Position numbers and translations under genes: made by a program
Notes under the pieces: model-generated
Database searches by the model: none
Seen by the model: the letters and a program-made list of their open reading frames with translations, nothing else
What the model was told of the DNA's origin: nothing
In this document: positions 58,201-64,000 of the stretch, one piece after another
Layout of the letters: every line of letters begins with the position of its first letter
Position numbering within the stretch: the first letter of the stretch is position 1
DNA from: Phoronis australis
Taxonomy: Eukaryota > Animalia > Phoronida
NCBI GenBank assembly: GCA_002633005.1
Contig: NMRA01000008.1
Span: 750,985-814,984 of the forward strand
DNA: 64,000 bases
Direction of reading: 5' to 3'

Positions 58201-61200
58201 CAGGCCCCAATTGTCATAACGTTTCATGTTCCAGCGAAAAACGATTTGCTACAGTCGTGGTGTTTCACTACATAATGGAAACCGTTTGGTTTCAACTTTC
58301 AATTTTTAAATCGCGATACATCCTCAAAGATGCAGTAACCGGAGGAGGCAGAGTCGGAAAAATGGTTCCCATTGTTCAATAAAAGCGAACGAGAACTGGT
58401 CACTTTTTTAAACCTGGGCACATTTCGCGGTTAGGGTATGATTTTGCCAGTAGTGAGAATCATTTGCGAATTTCACTTTAAATAGGATGCCATAATGATG
58501 CACTGCTGTAATCATCATTTAGGGGGTAAAAAGATAACGTGAGAAAACCCTACCGTGAGCAGCGAAATCTTGAAAATCTGAAGAGAAACATCATCACCTC
58601 ATAATGAGTAGATGGAACTTCGGTCAGTTTCCTTTTATCTCCGAGAGTGAAAATGGCACGTGAAAATGTTATGAGTCACTAGTGTTAGGTTCCAATTTGG
58701 CGAAAAGACCACGGTGGGATCATGTATTGAAGAGATAGAGTGTGAGAGGGTACTGGTACGAGGCCTCTTGTACACTGCCTATTCCGTGAATTTTGGTTCA
58801 TTCAGTTAAAGCCTGTTAAACTTTCGCTTGAAGAGCCCTTGAAATCTTTGTAACTTACGATGGCTAGTACATGACCTTTGAGCACCTTCATTCGTGAACT
58901 AGGTGCTGTATACCCTCATGAAACATACTCCTGTCAATTTGATGGACATAGCGAGTTTCAAACGAACAACTCTCCGTAGTGATGCTTTGCTAATAACGAT
59001 ATGAAATACCGTTCGTGCACTTCTGATATTTTTATCGTTATAAGAAAGAGAGTATTGCCCTTGTGTAATTCACAAATCATGGTAGGCCTATTCAAGTTCA
59101 ATTACGAAAAATGCTGTTTCTTTTTCGGTGTTTTTGCCGGGGTGACGCTGCTATGCTTTGCATAAATATATCATTTGGTTTTCGTAACCTATTTGAAAAT
59201 TTTTCTACTTACCCTCATAAATGACAAATAGGGTCCCCGCCGTCAGAGCAAGGGCTCCTTAATAAGAAAGACAAGCTGCCTGAATACTCTAGTAGGAAAG
59301 GAACATGAGGTACGGATGACTTCATCATTAGGTCTACTTCACCTTCCTTCCATATCATTGGGTCACTTTCCTTAAAGGCGAAGGCAACCTTTTTTCATGT
59401 CATTTTTAGCAAAAATAAGGTTCGTTGATTATCCCAGACATATTTTTCACTTATTTACTGCTTTTCGTAATTTAAATAATTACTAGTCGTCTACTCCGGA
59501 AGTGACGTTTTGGGAGGCAAGAATTTCGCGCCAATTTCTTTTTATATAGTCTAACTGTGAGAGTAGTCGGGTCAGTCATTGTTCTACCTCGGTTGTGATA
59601 AGTTCGGTCGTCGTTTGGTTTTGCTTACAAGTCAGTCAACATGCCACGCTGTTGCTGCGTACTGGGGTGTACTCATTATCGTCTCACGTACACTGTACGT
59701 GAGACGATAATGAGTACACCCAGAGGAAGAACTGTCCCACTTGCCCGAGTGTCCCGCGACACACTCTCACTGGAAGGTGATCTGAGCACCCAAACTGCTT
59801 ACATCCCGCCGTGTGACTCCCGCGCCACACAGCTGGCACCTTCCAAATAGCTCCAATACAAGTCCACAATAAACTTATCAAACTTAGGCTCACCGATCTG
59901 TGCAGTGGATGACGAACTGTCCTCTTCACTGGGTGTCGAATTGGGCCTGTATTCACTCCCACTACTCAACATCGCTGCAGGGCTGCTTACAGGCTCTGGG
60001 CTAGAGACAACAGCAAAGGGCGAATCACTGCTAGTTCCCGGAATTGCACGCAATGGGGTACGTTCGGAGGGCACGGGTAACAGTAGATGAAGTGCTTCCA
60101 GTCACTGTATATAGTGGCCACAGCTCGCGAGGCTTCTCGCTTCAAAAACGCACTTCTCGGGGTTGGCGACGGGGCACTGCCGGGAATCAACAGCGACGGC
60201 ATGGTACCCTTCAAGCGTTGTTTCGCAGGGACCTTCATCAATTCAGCGTACATATCTGTCATAATCTGACGGCAGAAAATGCTTGCCACACACTCGGTAA
60301 CCCTCCATTGCTTTGTACGTTGCGTGGACGGGTAGCGCTGCGTTCTTCACATGAACGAGCTAGCCAAGTACGGCGAAGTGTGTCATCCTTCGGAAAGCGA
60401 CGCAAGGTACCCAAAGCGTGTGTGAGACGATAATGAGTACATCCCGGCACGCAGCAACAGCGTGGCATGTTGACTTACTTGTAAACAAAAGCAAACGACG
60501 ACCGAACTTATCACAAACGAGGTAGAACAATGACTGGCTCGACAGCTCTCACAGTCAGACTATAATGAAAAGAAATTGGCGCGAAACTCTTGCCTCCCAA
60601 AACGTCACTTCCGGAGTAGAGGACAAGAAATTAATCAAATTACGAAAAGCTGTAACTAAGTGAAAAATGTGTCTGGGATTATCAACGAACCTTATTTTTG
60701 CTAAAAGTGACATGAAAAAAGGTTGCCATCGCCTTTAATATGAAAGGTTGTAGGTTTTCATAAAAAAGGAAAGGAGAAGCACTTTGATTCCGTATTATTG
60801 GGAGCCCCACCGTGAATGGCCCCTTAAGAAAAAAGGATAAGAAAAACATGGAAAGCCGGGTAGCCACGGATGCCTTGAGTGGGCCTCGTGTAGAGCGGTG
60901 ATTTGCATCAAGTGGAAAAAAGAGAACAACCAAATATCAGTGCAGAAGCCAAAAATGAATAACTATAGAATTTTTTGTTTTTGCACAATAAGACTTTCTG
61001 GTTGTTTCAAGTACAATTGGCCTTGTCGAAGTATTTTAGCTGTAATCTTGACAATGCAAATTAAGGCCGCTTTTATGCAAAATTGTGCTTTTGCTTGTAA
61101 CACGTTGGTTACTTGCATGTTTTCACCCGTTTCCTTTGTCAGTGAAATTAATGGAGATAATTTGCAGGTAGATACACGGTAATGTATTCACATTTATACA

Positions 61201-62531
61201 AATTAAGGCCGCCGTTATTTAAAATCCAACATGTAAGGCTTATAGCTGAGGTACCTGGCACCTCCATATTTCTACGGCCAATTAGTTTTATGACATCAGT
61301 TTGTTGCATAATAAATTTGCATTATTCATGCAAATAGAAGCCTGTTTCTGAGTCATAAACCGCTCTCGGGGGCCACTACAAGTCTTGGGCGGCGCAGCAC
61401 TGAAACAAGTGAGGGAGAGGGGGTTATAGCCCCTGGCCCCTATGGTGCGCCGCCCATGCATGTAGATTACTTTGATATTCACACACGTTTTCGAAATCAC
61501 TGAACGTAATGAAATCAGTTTGCCGCTAGGTCATTACATGATAAATTTGCATAGTTAATGCTAATGAAGGCCAACATGTACTGGAAACAGAGGTGTTCCC
61601 CAGTTTCCAACATGTACGTCCCTGTTTAGTGAGGGAGGGGGGGCGGGGCGCTAGACTCTAACTTCATGAATAGGGGCACTCAAGCCCTCCCCCCTTCCTA
61701 CGCATATATTATTCTAAGCCTTGCGTTTATGGAGAGCAGCCCACAAGACCGAAGGTGCACTAGTCCGAAGGTGCACTAATAAGGCGGAACTGAGCCTTAA
61801 AACTTAAAAATGCAATTTTGTAGGCATTCTAGAACGCCCGGAAACCATTGCGAGATCTAGCTGCACTAAAAATCAAAAAAGCCTCGATTTGAGATTTTTT
61901 GTGAACGGCAAAATTCGATTCTGTGCGTCACCCTTCGTGACTCAGTTTTTTTTTTAAGTTTAATGAGCCATGATTCGCGATCAACAATTAGACTGTTCAC
62001 TTAGTTATCTTTCATAGCGAAAGCTGGTTAGTGCTCGGCACATTAAAGCATCGTCTTCGATGTCGCACGTGTGCAAACACAGTTTATGAATGTTTTAAGA
62101 TTTTTGTTCGTTATTCAGATATGTCCGGAAGAATCATGTGCGGAGGAACACGCACACTTTCGCACAAGTGCACCTTCTGGCTACTGCCGTGTAACCGCGT
62201 TCGTGTCTTCCTATCGTTATTTGTGAACCATTGTCATTGATACAAAAATATGGCGTTGCACTTACAGCCGGAATACGAGAACGGGGTTTCAGGTGGAGGC
62301 TTATCCGACAGGATTCAAGAAAGCAAAGCTTCTTACGACTGGGCACATCAGAAAAATGGGAGAACACTTTGGCCAGGCAGAACCCAGAAGAAATTTGATG
62401 ACGACTCATCTCAATGTGATCGACAAAGATGCAGCAACGCCATTTTAAAGAATATGGACTTCTACTCTAGATTCATTTTCCCAATGTGCTTCGTGGTGTT
62501 TAACATAACTTATTGGGTTTTATACTTTTAA
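46210..62531 (+). CDS. Cys-loop ligand-gated chloride channel subunit, glycine receptor alpha-like
   Basis: Exons: 46210-46301 (signal peptide), 46588-46673 (YDKRIRP; duplicate at 47159-47244), 52033-52103, 53134-53357 (LWKPDLY), 53968-54050 (Cys-loop CPMQFQLFPGDNQTC), 54884-55036, 56752-56981 (TM1, anion-type PAR motif, TM2), 57742-57888 (TM3, AIDIWM), possibly 62119-62190, and 62268-62531 (TM4, MDFYSRFIFP...NITYW). Loop C disulphide CTKTFSTGKFTC is present and phases are consistent. Confidence 0.92.
47885..48958. mobile_element. Probable non-autonomous DNA element
   Basis: Imperfect TIRs caggtccgtagc...gctaccggcctg with G/C-rich subterminal tracts. The TSD is not clearly resolved. Confidence 0.5.
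50113..51086 (-). mobile_element. Second, inverted copy of the 5-bp-TSD element
   Basis: Ends are cataggcggatttagg...cctagatcagctactg with TSD ATAAT on both sides. It is the reverse complement of 43494-44450 along its length. Confidence 0.85.
52274..52440. mobile_element. Short MITE with GCGGAT/ATCCGC termini
   Basis: caagtggcggatttt...aaaatcctggatccgcacctg with G/C tracts. Confidence 0.55.
59376..60734 (-). mobile_element. Palindromic Kolobok-type transposon derivative with ~312-bp inverted arms and a frameshifted THAP/zinc-finger transposase N-terminus
   Basis: TTAA|AGGCGA...TCGCCT|TTAA termini; arms 59376-59687 and 60422-60734. The minus strand from ATG 60468 reads, across frameshifts, MPRCCCVPGC..RRFPKD..RRTW..YRVCGKHF..RLKGTMPSL (THAP). 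It then reads KFIV..LELFGRCQLC..LGAQ..ECVAGHSGKWDSS (CCCH finger) and is truncated near 59722. Confidence 0.85.
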
Positions 62532-63625
62532 TGGTAGTCGACGTTGCCGGGTGAAGCCACTTCGTGATACACCGAACAAGCCTAGTGTGAAACAAATTTT
62601 TAGTTTTCGACAAATAATGTGCTTGGTGATTCAATTAGGAATGACCAGGCCGGTGCATATAAGCGTTTGAGATGCAGGTTTCCATTTTTACGATTTCCCA
62701 GCCTAATAGCTATGCGGGAGAGTCGATCGCCATATGAGATTTGTACACGTAATCTTAGTCTAAATGACAACTGTGAGGAATAAGGGTCAATAAATAATTA
62801 AAACGGAAACACGAAATACAGAATGTTAACAAAATTCCGACTCTTGTCTACCCAGGTCATTGTCACATTTTTTGAGTCTGAGAAACAACATAACCACCTC
62901 ATTAAAAGCCATTAATAGCTGCTATTTAATAAGTGGGAAACAATCAATTAGCCTGTAAGGAAGTACAGACAGCTGCCACCAGATGACTCTGCGTTAGGGG
63001 TTGTATTCACTAGACATTTTACACATTTATTGCACATAGCCAGAGATTTGACACATAACTTGTCGAATTCACTATTAACTGAAACTTAAAATTAAGTTTT
63101 AAATGTGACAGCAGTTCTACTTAATCTTGGGTATATGAGACAAAGCGGAAATGGTAAAATTTCCTAAATTTAAAACAGTCTTTTGTACTAACACCTTTTA
63201 TCATAAAAAGTCCTATCTATAAAACATTCTAAAATGCAGGTAACCATTAAACATGCCCTTTCTTTAACTTCACTAGCTAAGAACACAGAACTAGTCTTGT
63301 CAGTCGGGTTTGCACAAAAGTAAGAACATTTTGTGGATTACAGCCCTACATATGTTCACATTTTCTATTAAGAATTTTGTACACACCCATTCAACTGTGC
63401 CGCCATTTTGTTGGTGCACCACCCGAAATTCAAAATTCAACTTAACAATTCTCTATTAAATTATGTTTATTTTGAAAAAAATGAACATGTGTACAAAGGG
63501 CATTTTTTGAGAATAAGTTTTGACAAAACCAGTTCACAATAAAATTTGTTTTGTAATGTGTTTAACCAAAATGAAGGTGAAAGAGTATCTCAAAGTTTTA
63601 GGGAAGTAGTTACTTATTAGTGTTC

Positions 63626-63850
63626 CAAACAGACGAGGGTATACCAGGACTAAGTTACCTACAGGACAATAAACAGAGGAGGGTATACTGTGAATAAGTT
63701 ACCTACAAACAGAGGAGGGTATACTGTGAATAAGTTACCTACAGGACAATAAACAGAGGAGGGTATACCATGAATAAGTTACCTACAGGACACTAAACAG
63801 AGGAGGGTATACCATGAATAAGTTACCTGACCTACAGGACATTAAACAGA
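63626..63850. repeat. Minisatellite with a ~44-bp unit (about 5 copies)
   Basis: gaataagttacctacaggacaataaacagaggagggtatactgt and variants in tandem. Confidence 0.9.
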
Positions 63851-64000
63851 ATAATCAGAATAGTTAGAGAGCAAATGAAACAATGTTCAACACATGTCTA
63901 AAAACATTAGTACAAACATATGACTGGGTAGACCCTTATTTCAATCAACAGTTAAGCAAAGTGACAAGATTTTGATATAAGTGAATGGAAATATTGCTGC

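Noticed and set aside
59641-60468. Functional host THAP-domain gene
   Set aside because: Multiple frameshifts and a stop, truncation, and enclosure by TIRs with a TTAA TSD indicate a transposon relic.

Overview
Intron-rich, AT-rich animal (probably invertebrate) genomic DNA from a draft assembly; it is not prokaryotic, and most ORF-track entries are spurious or exon fragments. Four spliced genes can be assembled by hand with consistent phases. Two are tandem paralogues of an SRSF10/SRSF12-type SR splicing factor (+, 1233-12470 and 16043-24621), one is sideroflexin-5 (-, 26937-42004, 10 exons, 326 aa), and one is a glycine-receptor-like Cys-loop chloride channel subunit (+, 46210-62531). Both SR paralogues keep a U12-type AT-AC intron. 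Inside it both keep a ~1 kb CAAG-rich block that ends in a second U12 5' splice site (ATATCCT) and an ATTAAA, which looks like a minor-spliceosome autoregulatory switch. Paralogue 1 has a pair of apparently mutually exclusive exons (4a/4b); in paralogue 2 exon 4a has decayed with a CpG-deamination signature. Introns hold many mobile elements, including a palindromic Kolobok derivative with convergent promoters and THAP starts, Helentron-like elements, SINEs, MITEs and a LINE relic. Five single-n junctions flanked by near-identical duplications are probably haplotype assembly artefacts.
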